Source of the DNA: Candidatus Gugararchaeum adminiculabundum
GTDB lineage: Archaea > Micrarchaeota > Micrarchaeia > Burarchaeales > Gugararchaeaceae
DNA length: 64,000 bases
Reading direction: 5' to 3'
Assembly (NCBI GenBank): GCA_902384795.1
Contig: CABMDC010000001.1
Location: 7,375 to 71,374 of the forward strand
Below the pieces are notes generated by a model. That model had not been told where the DNA came from. It saw only the letters and a list, made by a program, of their open reading frames with translations, and did no database searches. Below are positions 1 through 8,983 of the stretch, piece by piece (position 1 is the stretch's first letter; each line of letters opens with the position of its first letter). The translations under genes were made by a program, and so were the position numbers.

Positions 1-698
1 GAGTAAAATGGAATGTCCTGCTCATAGGCAATGAGCGCGACTCCGGCTGTGCCGATTTTGTTTATCAAATCCCCTTTTGCAGTCACCGCATCCGCGCCCA
101 CCAACACCGCATCCACCTCATGGATCACGCTTTTCACAGCGCTGTCCACAATCATGGTCACATCCAATCCGGCATCGCGCAGTTCTTTTGCCGTAATCCT
201 TCCCTGGAATTTCGGCCTTGTTTCAGTGCATATGGCCCTTATTTTTGAATCATTTTCATAGGCTCGTTTTATGGCGGCAGTTACCGTCGAAGAATGGCAG
301 TGCGTGAGAACGACTGCGCCTTTGGGAATTTCCCTTGCCCCATATTCAGCAATTGCTTCCAAATCGCTTGCCACGTCCTTTTCATACTGCGCTGCCGCTT
401 CAGCAACAATTTTTTTCAGGGCGCTGATTTCACGCACTTTTTCCTTGGTCATTTTTGCAAAAACAAATCTGATTGCATTCCTCAGCGAATTCCGCAGCAT
501 CGGCTCGGTCGGCCTAGTCGAAGCAAGCGCATCCGCCGTTTCAACCAATTCCCCGTAAAAGCTGGCAGGAGTTTTTGCATCGCTCTCCTTCGCTTGAAGT
601 GCGAGCGCCTTCACCGCCCATTTGGCAATGTTGCGCGCGCCCTGTATCTTCAGCGCCTTGATATCCCTGCAAATCTGCTCCACATCTTCATTTACCAT
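1..698 (-). CDS. Ribose-1,5-bisphosphate isomerase (eIF-2B alpha family), 3'-truncated by the window edge
   Basis: Not in the ORF track. Manual translation from ATG 698: MVNEDVEQICRDIKALKIQGARNIA...STRPTEPMLRN...VLTHCHSSTV...TETRPKFQG...IVDSAV...VGADAV...INKIGT. These are e2b2/R15Pi motifs, and form III RuBisCO is in the same window. Confidence 0.88.
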   Translation of the reverse strand, partial: MVNEDVEQICRDIKALKIQGARNIAKWAVKALALQAKESDAKTPASFYGELVETADALASTRPTEPMLRNSLRNAIRFVFAKMTKEKVREISALKKIVAEAAAQYEKDVASDLEAIAEYGAREIPKGAVVLTHCHSSTVTAAIKRAYENDSKIRAICTETRPKFQGRITAKELRDAGLDVTMIVDSAVKSVIHEVDAVLVGADAVTAKGDLINKIGTAGVALIAYEQDIPFY

Positions 699-769
699 AA
701 TACCGAAAAGAGATTAACGGGGGCAATATAAAAAGATTGGTTTCGTAAAACTTTAGCGGAGGCAACACC

Positions 770-1288
770 ATGGCAAAAGCTTTATTCGTAATTTCCCCTG
801 GAATGTTCCGGGATGAGGAGCTATTTCACACAAAAGAGGAGCTGGAAGATGCAGGAATCGAAACCCACATCGCCAGCCTTAGGAAAGGCGAATTCATGGG
901 CAGGCTCGGAGGCAGGGCAGTGGCAGACATTTCAGTTTCCGAAGCCATTGCAGCCAATTATGATGTGGTGATTTTCGTTGGCGGGCCAGGCGTAACCCAG
1001 CACGGCCTTCCAGAAAACCCTGCGGTTCTCAAGCTCGCAAAGGATGCCAATTCCAAGTGCAAAGTGCTTGCAGCAATCTGCGCAGGCCCCAAAATCCTGG
1101 CAGCAGCAGGGGTTGTAAAAGGAAAAAAGGTCACTGTTTTTCCAGACGAGGGGTATATTGCGCTCATAAAAAAGATGGGCGGGAACTACACCGCCTCGCA
1201 CCTGGAAGTTGACAATAAGCTGGTAACCGCCGACGGGCCAGAGGCGGCCCATGATTTCGGGAGAAAAATAGCCGAGCTTCTCTCGTAA
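770..1288 (+). CDS. DJ-1/PfpI family protein
   Basis: FRDEE, FVGGPG, AICAGP nucleophile Cys, VTADGP; GGAGG RBS upstream. Confidence 0.9.
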   Translation: MAKALFVISPGMFRDEELFHTKEELEDAGIETHIASLRKGEFMGRLGGRAVADISVSEAIAANYDVVIFVGGPGVTQHGLPENPAVLKLAKDANSKCKVLAAICAGPKILAAAGVVKGKKVTVFPDEGYIALIKKMGGNYTASHLEVDNKLVTADGPEAAHDFGRKIAELLS

Positions 1289-1393
1289 ATATGGCTTCAG
1301 GCTGTGAGCTAACGTATATAAATGTGTTTGGCGAAATATATGTTTAATAACGCCCTTAACGAGAGTTAGTTTTGGTTTCAGAGAGTGAATTTT

Positions 1394-2527
1394 ATGACAG
1401 ACCTGCAAGTTGAAATGATTGCCAAGCAGATTACCGAACAGCCCATGGCCAGCCAAGGGACTCATGCTGCGGTTTCCTCGGAAGACGAGGAGCTCCTGAA
1501 ATTCCTGGAGCAGACCAAGCCCAAAATTTTCGTGGTCGGCGCAGGCGGCTCGGGAACAAACACCATTACACGTTTATTCGAATCAGGGATAGCCGATGTG
1601 AAAATAGTCGCCATGAACACCGATGTCCAGCACCTGGTGAAAGTGAAGGCGGACAAAAAAATCCTGCTCGGAAAAACAGTCACCAAAGGGTTGGGCGCAG
1701 GCAGCAACCCCTCGGTGGGCGAAGCATCGGCAAAGGAAAGCATTCAGGAAATCAAAAAAGTCCTTGATGGCAGCAGCATGGTCTTCGTGACCTGCGGCAT
1801 GGGCGGAGGAACAGGCACCGGCTCGGCTCCATTGATTTCTGACCAAGCAAGGATTTCAGGCGCGCTTACCATCGGAGTTGTCACGCTTCCATTCAAGAGC
1901 GAGGGAAAGCAGAGGATGATGAACGCGCTCGATGGATTGCAAAAGCTCCAGAAATCCTGTGACACGGTGATTGTAATTCCAAACGACAAACTATTGTCCA
2001 TCGTTCCAGACCTTCCGCTTAACACGGCATTCAAAGTCAGTGACCAGGTTCTTTCCAGCGCAGTAAAAGGGATTGCAGAACTGATTACCAAAGCCGGATT
2101 AGTAAACTTGGACTTCGCGGATTTGCGCACAATTCTGACAGATGCAGGCTGCGCGGTCGTGGGAATGGGCGAATCCTCAAGCGATGCCAAGCCAGAGCAA
2201 AGGGCATTAATTGCAATTGAAACAGCCCTCAATTCTCCACTATTGGATGTCAATATTGCGGGCGCAAGCAGGGCGCTCATTAACGTATCCGGCGGAGAGG
2301 ACATGACGCTCAAGGAAGCGGAACTCATGGTAAGTGAAGTGAGCAAGCGCATTTCCCCCGAATCGCACATAATTTGGGGTGCGAGAATCGAGCCCAATCT
2401 TCCAAGGAACGTTCTCCGTGTGCTCGTGGTAATCGCAGGCGCGAAACTGCCGCAGTATGACAAGAAGATGCTCGAAGGCATGGAAGAGGTCAGGCTCGAG
2501 GATTTGGACCTTGACCTGATAGCGTAA
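1394..2527 (+). CDS. ftsZ: Cell division protein FtsZ
   Basis: [23 protein letters not shown] tubulin signature, NLDFAD. ATG 1394 preferred over GTG 1385. Confidence 0.97.
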   Translation: MTDLQVEMIAKQITEQPMASQGTHAAVSSEDEELLKFLEQTKPKIFVVGAGGSGTNTITRLFESGIADVKIVAMNTDVQHLVKVKADKKILLGKTVTKGLGAGSNPSVGEASAKESIQEIKKVLDGSSMVFVTCGMGGGTGTGSAPLISDQARISGALTIGVVTLPFKSEGKQRMMNALDGLQKLQKSCDTVIVIPNDKLLSIVPDLPLNTAFKVSDQVLSSAVKGIAELITKAGLVNLDFADLRTILTDAGCAVVGMGESSSDAKPEQRALIAIETALNSPLLDVNIAGASRALINVSGGEDMTLKEAELMVSEVSKRISPESHIIWGARIEPNLPRNVLRVLVVIAGAKLPQYDKKMLEGMEEVRLEDLDLDLIA

Positions 2528-2543
2528 ATCATTGGTGAAAATT

Positions 2544-2717
2544 ATGTTCAACATACAAAAATTCATAACAAGAAGCCAGCGGATAATGCAGATTTCCATG
2601 CGGCCGAAATCAAAGGAATACTGGCAGACCGCGAAAGTTTGCGCGCTCGGCATGGTGCTCATCGGCGTGATCGGCCTTTTGATAACATTGTTCTTCGGCG
2701 TGGTTGACGCGCTCTAG
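2544..2717 (+). CDS. secE: Protein translocase subunit SecE/Sec61-gamma
   Basis: RPKSKEY followed by a single TM helix; conserved ftsZ-secE-spt5 order; GGTGA RBS before ATG 2544. Confidence 0.9.
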   Translation: MFNIQKFITRSQRIMQISMRPKSKEYWQTAKVCALGMVLIGVIGLLITLFFGVVDAL

Positions 2718-2759
2718 CGGAATAAAAAAATAATTCATGATAATGATTTGGTGATTTGA

Positions 2760-3209
2760 ATGATATTTGTCTACAGAGTTACGGCCGGCCAGGAAAGGGT
2801 AGTTGCCGATGTTTTGAACAACAAGCTGAGCAAGGAAAAAATCGACCTCTACGCAATCGCGGTTATCGATGAGTTGCGCGGCTATTTAATAGTGGAAGCG
2901 CGAGACGAAGTCGTTGTGCGCCAGGCCGCGATGAGGATTCCGCACATCAAGGGCGTGCTTTCCAAGCCCATGAGCCCTGATGAAATCAACTCGCTCATTG
3001 AGACCAAGAGCGTTGCATCCACGGTGCAGCGCGGCGATATCGTTGAGCTGATCAGCGGCCCGTTCAAGGGGGAAAAGGCTCGCGTTATCAAGATTGATGA
3101 GGCAAAGGAAGAGCTCACGGTCGAGCTGACCGAAGTCGCTGTTCCGATTCCTGTCACCATCCAGGCCAACACAATCAGGATAATACAAAAAGCGGAACAG
3201 AACGCGTAA
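2760..3209 (+). CDS. spt5: Transcription elongation factor Spt5 (NusG)
   Basis: NGN domain (TAGQE, RGYLIVE) and KOW motif (GDIVELISGPFKG). Confidence 0.96.
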   Translation: MIFVYRVTAGQERVVADVLNNKLSKEKIDLYAIAVIDELRGYLIVEARDEVVVRQAAMRIPHIKGVLSKPMSPDEINSLIETKSVASTVQRGDIVELISGPFKGEKARVIKIDEAKEELTVELTEVAVPIPVTIQANTIRIIQKAEQNA

Positions 3210-3292
3210 TCTTGGCGCAGGCGCGCCCTATTTTTAGTTTTTCTTTATATCGCCCAGTAGTAGTTTTCTTTTCTCTCCATTCGGGGCTGATT

Positions 3293-4939
3293 TCACTTCT
3301 TCTTCTTTTTCACGAATTTGAAATAGGCAAGCACGCCCAATCCGATTACGGCAATTCCGATAATCACAGGAACAGGGAGCGGAATCCCCCCTGCCTGCCT
3401 TATTCTGATACTCTGCGCAATGGTTTCATAGCCTGATTTGCTCACTTCAACGCTGATGGATTCGGCGCTTCCCTTGTAGCTGAAAGTCAGGTTATCCCCT
3501 GTTTTTTCCTCGCCATTTACCTTTGCCTTGAAGTTTTTCAAAAGTCCCTCATCGCTCCAGGCCTGCAGTGAAAACGATTCCCCGGGCGCAAGCGAAGTCG
3601 GAATATTGGCGTACATTTTCTTCATTTTCGCGGCATCGGTTTTGTTCACCATCAATGACTGGTAGGGCGCGTTTTCCTCCCTTCCATTGGCATCGGTCAC
3701 CATGCAGTCAATTCTCACAATGCCATTGGCTTCGTTGGACAAATCAAGCTCCCCGTCCCACTGGTCTTTTCCGTTTGCATCAATCCATTGCCCTCCTCCT
3801 ACCCTGATCGAGACCTTCTCCACTCCCGGGCCTGCGAATGCAATCCCCCTGAATCCTGTAACCCAGGCTCCGACCGGTTCCATGGGTGCTGGCTTCATGA
3901 ATGAGCAGGAAATCGTGCTTGCGGCAGAAACGCTCCCGTCCGCGCTTCCGATCAGCACATAGTTATCATAAGTCTCGGGCGTTGTTCTTATCCAATCCCC
4001 GGCAGGCGTGCTCCACAGCAGCGCCCCGTCCTCGGCATTAAACGCGTACAGTTTCGTGTCATCGCTTCCAATGTACAAAATGCTCTTCCCGCCCTCGGAC
4101 AGCGCGATTTTCGGGGACGAAATCATGGCCCCCCCGGTTTTTGTTTTCCATTTCAGCATTCCGTCCGCAGCATCAATCGCATAGACATAGTGCCCGTTGC
4201 TCCCGAAATAGGCGATTCCGTCTTTGACCAGCGGAGTGCTCTGCACCCAGTCGCCTGCGTCGAATTTCCAGGCGATTTTTCCCGTATCCTTTTCAATCGC
4301 ATAAACATACCCGTCAAGCGAGCCGACCAAGATGTACTTTCCGTAATTCACCGGGCTGCTTCCCACAACCGGCCCGATGGTGATATTGGAAAGCATTCTC
4401 CCGTCGCTTGCAGAAAGAGTGTAAAAATTCCCCTCGGAATCCGCGAAATAGACCTTTCCCTCGTCAAAAAGGGGCGATGACTGGATTGGATTTCCTGCCG
4501 AATAGTTCCAGGCCTCTTTCCCCGAGCCCATGAATATGGCATAGAGTTTCCCGTCCAGCGAGCCTGCGAACACGGCTTCGCTTCCCAGCGCGACCTGGCA
4601 CCTCACCGGCCCGCCTGCCTGGAAAATCCACCTCTTGCCCCCGTTCTTGACATCCAGGGCATAGACTTTTCCGTCGTCACTGCCAATTACCAGCGTGTTC
4701 TTAAGTACCAGCGGAGCCGCCCTGACCGAGCCATTGGCTGCAAAGGTCCATCCCACCAGTCCGGTCTGCGCCTCAAGCGCGTAAACATTGCCATCATCGC
4801 TGCCAAAGAACACCACTCCGTCGCTCACAACCGGGCTCGAATAGACCGGGCCTCCGGTGGAGTACTGCCATTTGAAAGCTGCGAATACTGCAGTAGAAAG
4901 AATCAGTGCAAAAAATACGATAAGAAATAATCTGCGCAT
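3293..4939 (-). CDS. Secreted, membrane-anchored PQQ-type (BamB-like) beta-propeller protein with Ig-like C-terminal domains
   Basis: Signal peptide, about 8 repeats of SSP-V-DG-V-GS-DG-VYALD--TG---W, C-terminal TM helix and KKKKK. Confidence 0.88.
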   Translation of the reverse strand: MRRLFLIVFFALILSTAVFAAFKWQYSTGGPVYSSPVVSDGVVFFGSDDGNVYALEAQTGLVGWTFAANGSVRAAPLVLKNTLVIGSDDGKVYALDVKNGGKRWIFQAGGPVRCQVALGSEAVFAGSLDGKLYAIFMGSGKEAWNYSAGNPIQSSPLFDEGKVYFADSEGNFYTLSASDGRMLSNITIGPVVGSSPVNYGKYILVGSLDGYVYAIEKDTGKIAWKFDAGDWVQSTPLVKDGIAYFGSNGHYVYAIDAADGMLKWKTKTGGAMISSPKIALSEGGKSILYIGSDDTKLYAFNAEDGALLWSTPAGDWIRTTPETYDNYVLIGSADGSVSAASTISCSFMKPAPMEPVGAWVTGFRGIAFAGPGVEKVSIRVGGGQWIDANGKDQWDGELDLSNEANGIVRIDCMVTDANGREENAPYQSLMVNKTDAAKMKKMYANIPTSLAPGESFSLQAWSDEGLLKNFKAKVNGEEKTGDNLTFSYKGSAESISVEVSKSGYETIAQSIRIRQAGGIPLPVPVIIGIAVIGLGVLAYFKFVKKKKK

Positions 4940-5018
4940 AGCTAGGATTGTTGATATAATTAGTATTTAAGACTTAAGCTCAACTCGCAACCCTCCGAAC
5001 TTCGCGAAAATTTTCACG

Positions 5019-5140
5019 AGCAGCAGCGCGCCGGGCGCTGCCGCCAACGATGCGGCGACTTTCTCGAGAAAGTCGGTCGCCTTCGAAGGCGACTGCACGA
5101 GGCACCGCAGGCGCAGCGCCCATTTGGCGGCGCTGCTGCT
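5019..5140. other. GC-rich four-way-junction structured element (ncRNA or REP/MITE-like DNA hairpin)
   Basis: Nested Watson-Crick stems 5019-5029/5130-5140, 5033-5041/5113-5121 and 5051-5055/5105-5109. They enclose perfect palindromes 5056-5075 and 5076-5093 and a small hairpin 5094-5104. Confidence 0.75.
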
Positions 5141-5171
5141 AATATCGAATTAATTTAAAATTAGAAAAGAA

Positions 5172-5654
5172 TTACTTGCCTTTGAAAACCGAATCATGTT
5201 TCCCTTCGTTTATTTCCTTTATCACTGCGCGGGGATCCTGGCCATTGCAGGTGACGCCCATGGAAACACATGTTCCAAGCACTTCATTGGCCACTTTCTT
5301 CAAATCCTTGGCAAGCGAAACAGATGATTTCATTCTTGCAACCTTTGCCAATTGCTCGAACGAAAGGTTGCCGACCTTCTCGTCCTTCACTTTCGCGCCG
5401 CTCTCAATTCCCAGCTCTTTCTTAATTAGCGAGCTCGCTGGAGGAGAGCCGACCTGGATTTCAAAAGCCTTGGAATCCTTGTCAACTATTACCTTGACAG
5501 GCACTTTCGTTCCCTTGAAGTCCTTGGTCTTGCTGTTGATCTCGGCAATTATCCCGTTGATGTTAACACCGAGCGGACCCAGCGCCGGGCCAAGTGGCGG
5601 GCCTGCAGTTGCAGAGCCGCCGTCAACCAGGCTTGAAATTACAATTTTAACCAT
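5172..5654 (-). CDS. rpl11: 50S ribosomal protein L11 (uL11)
   Basis: GGSATAGPPLGPALGPLG, PPASSLIKKELG, VLGTCVSMG. Confidence 0.97.
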   Translation of the reverse strand: MVKIVISSLVDGGSATAGPPLGPALGPLGVNINGIIAEINSKTKDFKGTKVPVKVIVDKDSKAFEIQVGSPPASSLIKKELGIESGAKVKDEKVGNLSFEQLAKVARMKSSVSLAKDLKKVANEVLGTCVSMGVTCNGQDPRAVIKEINEGKHDSVFKGK

Positions 5655-5691
5655 AGAAAACACCTAATTAGTTCCATTCAACAAATTCAAT

Positions 5692-5997
5692 TTAGTGCAG
5701 GCTTATCTCGATGTGCACCGTATCCGGCACTTTCACGCGCATGATTTGCCGAAGCGTCCTTTCATCCCCGGCAACCTCGATCACTCTTTTGTGCACGCGC
5801 ATTTCCCATGCCTCATAGGTGTCCGAGCCGTCGCCGCAAGGGGTCCTTCTGGTGGGAACCCTAAGCTTTCGGGTCGGCAGGGGAATCGGCCCCCGCTTTT
5901 CAACGCCAGTCGTATTCACTATTTCGATGATCTGCTGGCAGACCCCTTCAAGTTCTTTTGGATTCAAACCAACAAGTTTGATCCTTGCTTTTCCCAT
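5692..5997 (-). CDS. rps10: 30S ribosomal protein S10 (uS10)
   Basis: KARIKL, GPIPLPT, RRTPCGDGS, WEMRVHKR. Confidence 0.97.
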   Translation of the reverse strand: MGKARIKLVGLNPKELEGVCQQIIEIVNTTGVEKRGPIPLPTRKLRVPTRRTPCGDGSDTYEAWEMRVHKRVIEVAGDERTLRQIMRVKVPDTVHIEISLH

Positions 5998-6056
5998 AAA
6001 AATCAATCCCCACCATTTAAAAAAATAATCAAAAAAATATGAAAGGAAAACCCCCC

Positions 6057-7334
6057 TTAGGAGGGGTTTTCTCTTGGAGTCACGGTCAGGACGACTCCTG
6101 CCGCAACCGTTTGTCCCATGTCCCTGATCGCAAACCTTCCCAATTGCGGGAAGTCAGCGAATCTCTCGACAACCACGGGCCTGACTGGCGTGATCTTCAC
6201 GATTGCCACGTCACCGGTCTTGATGAAGTCCGGGTTCTTGGCAGCAGTCAATCCTGTCTTGGGATCCTTCTTCTCGAGGATCTCGGTGATTGTGCATGCG
6301 ATCTGCGATGTGTGCACATGGAACACAGGTGTGTATCCTTTTGCAATAGCAGTCGGGTGCTGGAGCACGACAATTTGTGCAGTGAACTCCTTTGCCACTG
6401 TGGGTGGTTTGCTCTTTGGCCCAACCACCTCGCCGCGCTTTACGTCCTTCTTTTCAACGCCTTTTACGTTGAATCCGACGTTGTCGCCTGGAACCGCCTT
6501 TTGCAGTTCCTGGTGGTGCATTTCAATTTTCTTTACTTCACCACTAGCGCCGCTTGGCATAAATGTTACCAGGTCTCCCGGCTTCATTACACCAGTTTCA
6601 ACTCTTCCCACTGGCACTGTTCCGTGGCCGGTAATTGTGAATACGTCCTGAATCGGCAGCCTGAGATCCTTCTCAATCGGCTTTGCCGGTGCAACGAATT
6701 CATCAATCGCCTCGACCAGTGTCGGGCCGGTATACCAGGGCATGTTTTCGCTCTTCTTGGCGATGTTGTCCCCCTTGTACCCGGACATTGGGATGAATTT
6801 AATCTGGTCAACCTTGTAGCCGATTCCTTTCAGCAAAGTGGTCAAAGCTGCTTTGGTGTCCTCGTATTTCACGCGGTCATAATTGACTGCGTCCATTTTG
6901 TTTACTCCAATCACGAACTGCTGGATTCCCAGCACTTTTGCCAGAAAAGCATGCTCCTTGGTTTGGGACTGGATTCCGTCCTTGGCAGAGCATACGAGCA
7001 CTGCGCCGTCCGCCTGCGAGGCTCCGGTAATCATGTTTTTTACGAAGTCCTTGTGCCCGGGTGCGTCAATGATTGTGAAATAGTGTTTCTGGGTCGAGAA
7101 TTCCCTGTGGGCAATGTCAATCGTTACTCCTCTTTCCCTTTCCTCTTTCAGCGCATCCATGGCGAATGCGAATTCAAAAGTAGCCTTTCCGACCTTGGCG
7201 GCTTCCTCTTTCAGTTTCTTAAGATCCTGTTCAGAAAGCGCTCCGGTATCATAGAGCACTCTTCCTACTGTGGTTGACTTTCCATGGTCAACGTGACCAA
7301 TGAAAATTATATTCAAATGTTCTTTTTCTGCCAT
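6057..7334 (-). CDS. tuf: Translation elongation factor EF-1alpha
   Basis: [32 protein letters not shown]. Confidence 0.98.
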   Translation of the reverse strand: MAEKEHLNIIFIGHVDHGKSTTVGRVLYDTGALSEQDLKKLKEEAAKVGKATFEFAFAMDALKEERERGVTIDIAHREFSTQKHYFTIIDAPGHKDFVKNMITGASQADGAVLVCSAKDGIQSQTKEHAFLAKVLGIQQFVIGVNKMDAVNYDRVKYEDTKAALTTLLKGIGYKVDQIKFIPMSGYKGDNIAKKSENMPWYTGPTLVEAIDEFVAPAKPIEKDLRLPIQDVFTITGHGTVPVGRVETGVMKPGDLVTFMPSGASGEVKKIEMHHQELQKAVPGDNVGFNVKGVEKKDVKRGEVVGPKSKPPTVAKEFTAQIVVLQHPTAIAKGYTPVFHVHTSQIACTITEILEKKDPKTGLTAAKNPDFIKTGDVAIVKITPVRPVVVERFADFPQLGRFAIRDMGQTVAAGVVLTVTPRENPS

Positions 7335-7503
7335 ACAATCCACCTCTATTAAATATTCTACACTGTCAAATTCGGAATTTTCCGATCTCTTCCAACTTCC
7401 TGTTCGTTAACCGCCCCTAGGCAGTTGATCTCCGCACAAGGAGAATAGGGAATATATTTGTCTGCTTCAGTTTTTAAAGCTTTTCTTGCCAACTCGCCTA
7501 TAT

Positions 7504-7536
7504 TTACTCGAATCTCAACGCGTCTACTGCCTGCAT
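7504..7536 (-). pseudogene. 33-nt remnant duplicating the 3' end (MQAVDALRFE*) of the adjacent ABC permease
   Basis: Encodes the same peptide as 7657-7689 with 7 nucleotide differences, all synonymous. Confidence 0.75.
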
Positions 7537-7656
7537 CGCGGGGTCAAATCTGCCATCACAATCTTGGCCCCGCACCCCTCACGATACCAGGAAAAAACAA
7601 TAAACCGTCGAAAAACTGGCTCGCGATTACTCGCTCGCCGTTTTTCTCCCGGTTTC

Positions 7657-8901
7657 CTATTCAAAACGCAACGCGTCAACCGCCTGCATCCTCCCTGCCC
7701 TTTTCGCCGGGAAATAGCCGGAAACGATCCCGATCAATACGGAGAATGTCAATGCGCCAAAGAAAAGCTCAGGCGAGACATAGGCCGGCACCCCCAGCTC
7801 CTTGGCCAGCAAAGCCACTCCTGTTCCGAGCAAAGCCCCGACCACTCCCCCGATCAATCCTATCAGCGCTGCTTCGATTATGAACGCTTCCAAAATTGCG
7901 TTATTCCGCGCGCCGATTGATTTCAGGATTCCGATTTCCTGCGTTCTTTCAACAACGCTCATGAACATGGTGTTCGCAACCCCTATCCCGCCAACCAGCA
8001 GCGAAATCGCGGCCACTCCCCCGAGAAATGCCGTCAACAAACCAGTGATTACGCTGATTTGCTGGGAAATGGTTTCCGCGGTCATCACCGTGAAATCCCG
8101 GTCATCCTCGTTCACTTTGTGCCTGCGGAAAAGCTCTTCGGTGATCCTTTCCGCCACAAGCTTTGGGTCGGCGCCAGGGGAAATTTTCACATTGATCTCC
8201 GAAACCTCCTTGCTTCCCTTGAATCTTTCCAGCACATCGCGCGCATCCTTGTCGTTCAGCATTATCATGGAATCCATGGACGAGATTGCAATCCCCTGGC
8301 TTTTCTCCAGAATTCCAACCACCTTGAAAGTCCTGTTCCCGATTTTCAAATCCCTGCCCACATCAACCTTGTCCTTGAATCCTTCGTTCGCAACTTTCCA
8401 GCCCAGCAAAGCCCCGCCCGTTTCCCCCTTGTTCGGCATCCTCCCCTCCTCGGCCTTGAGGCTGGTGAAAACCTGGTTCAGGGCTTCCGGATCCCCGCCT
8501 GCCACATAGGAGCTTATGTTCTGGTTCCTGTATTCCACTACGGCCCTGTCATAAATTATTACAAATGAAAATGCCACTCCGTTTATTTTTGAAATCGCGT
8601 CCGCATCATCCGTGGAAAGCTTGGCCGAGCGCGCGGAAAGCATGGGCCCGCCAATCCCCGTCTGCTTGTCCATATTCCCGGGCATTATGCTGATGGTGTC
8701 GCTTCCGAAAACATCAAGCTCGTTTTTTATCTCCCTATCCAGCCCCTGGGCAATGGCGATGAGCGCCACAATCGCGGCAATTCCGACAACTATCCCTATT
8801 ATAGTAAGGTAGCTGCGCAGCTGCTTGCGCGCCATGTTCCCCACGGCATATTGGAAAAGGTCAATGTGAATCCGCATCCAGTTTGGTGCCATATTTTTCA
8901 C
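7657..8901 (-). CDS. ABC transporter permease (MacB/FtsX family)
   Basis: LRSYLTIIGIVVG, VANTMFMSVVERTQEIGILKSIGA, PAKRA...DALRFE. Confidence 0.93.
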   Translation of the reverse strand: MKNMAPNWMRIHIDLFQYAVGNMARKQLRSYLTIIGIVVGIAAIVALIAIAQGLDREIKNELDVFGSDTISIMPGNMDKQTGIGGPMLSARSAKLSTDDADAISKINGVAFSFVIIYDRAVVEYRNQNISSYVAGGDPEALNQVFTSLKAEEGRMPNKGETGGALLGWKVANEGFKDKVDVGRDLKIGNRTFKVVGILEKSQGIAISSMDSMIMLNDKDARDVLERFKGSKEVSEINVKISPGADPKLVAERITEELFRRHKVNEDDRDFTVMTAETISQQISVITGLLTAFLGGVAAISLLVGGIGVANTMFMSVVERTQEIGILKSIGARNNAILEAFIIEAALIGLIGGVVGALLGTGVALLAKELGVPAYVSPELFFGALTFSVLIGIVSGYFPAKRAGRMQAVDALRFE

Positions 8902-8983
8902 TATCCTCGCTCATCATTCTTTCACTGCTCATCGTTCATTCGCATTCGTCATCCATTCTCTTCGCTTCAATCCCGCTCATCTT

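Noticed and set aside
31-731. Three plus-strand ORFs in the track
   Set aside because: They are antisense to the real minus-strand R15P isomerase, which the track missed because it runs off the window.
6039-7277. 412-aa plus-strand ORF antisense to EF-1alpha, and similar long antisense ORFs over ftsZ, the permeases, rbcL/proS and the ATPase
   Set aside because: Shadow ORFs produced by codon bias of highly conserved genes; no motifs or RBS.
8905-8983. Degenerate TCATC/TCGCTC micro-repeats between the permeases (similar tract at 15300-15345)
   Set aside because: Low-complexity purine-rich spacers on the coding strand; no regular period or spacer structure, so not CRISPR.
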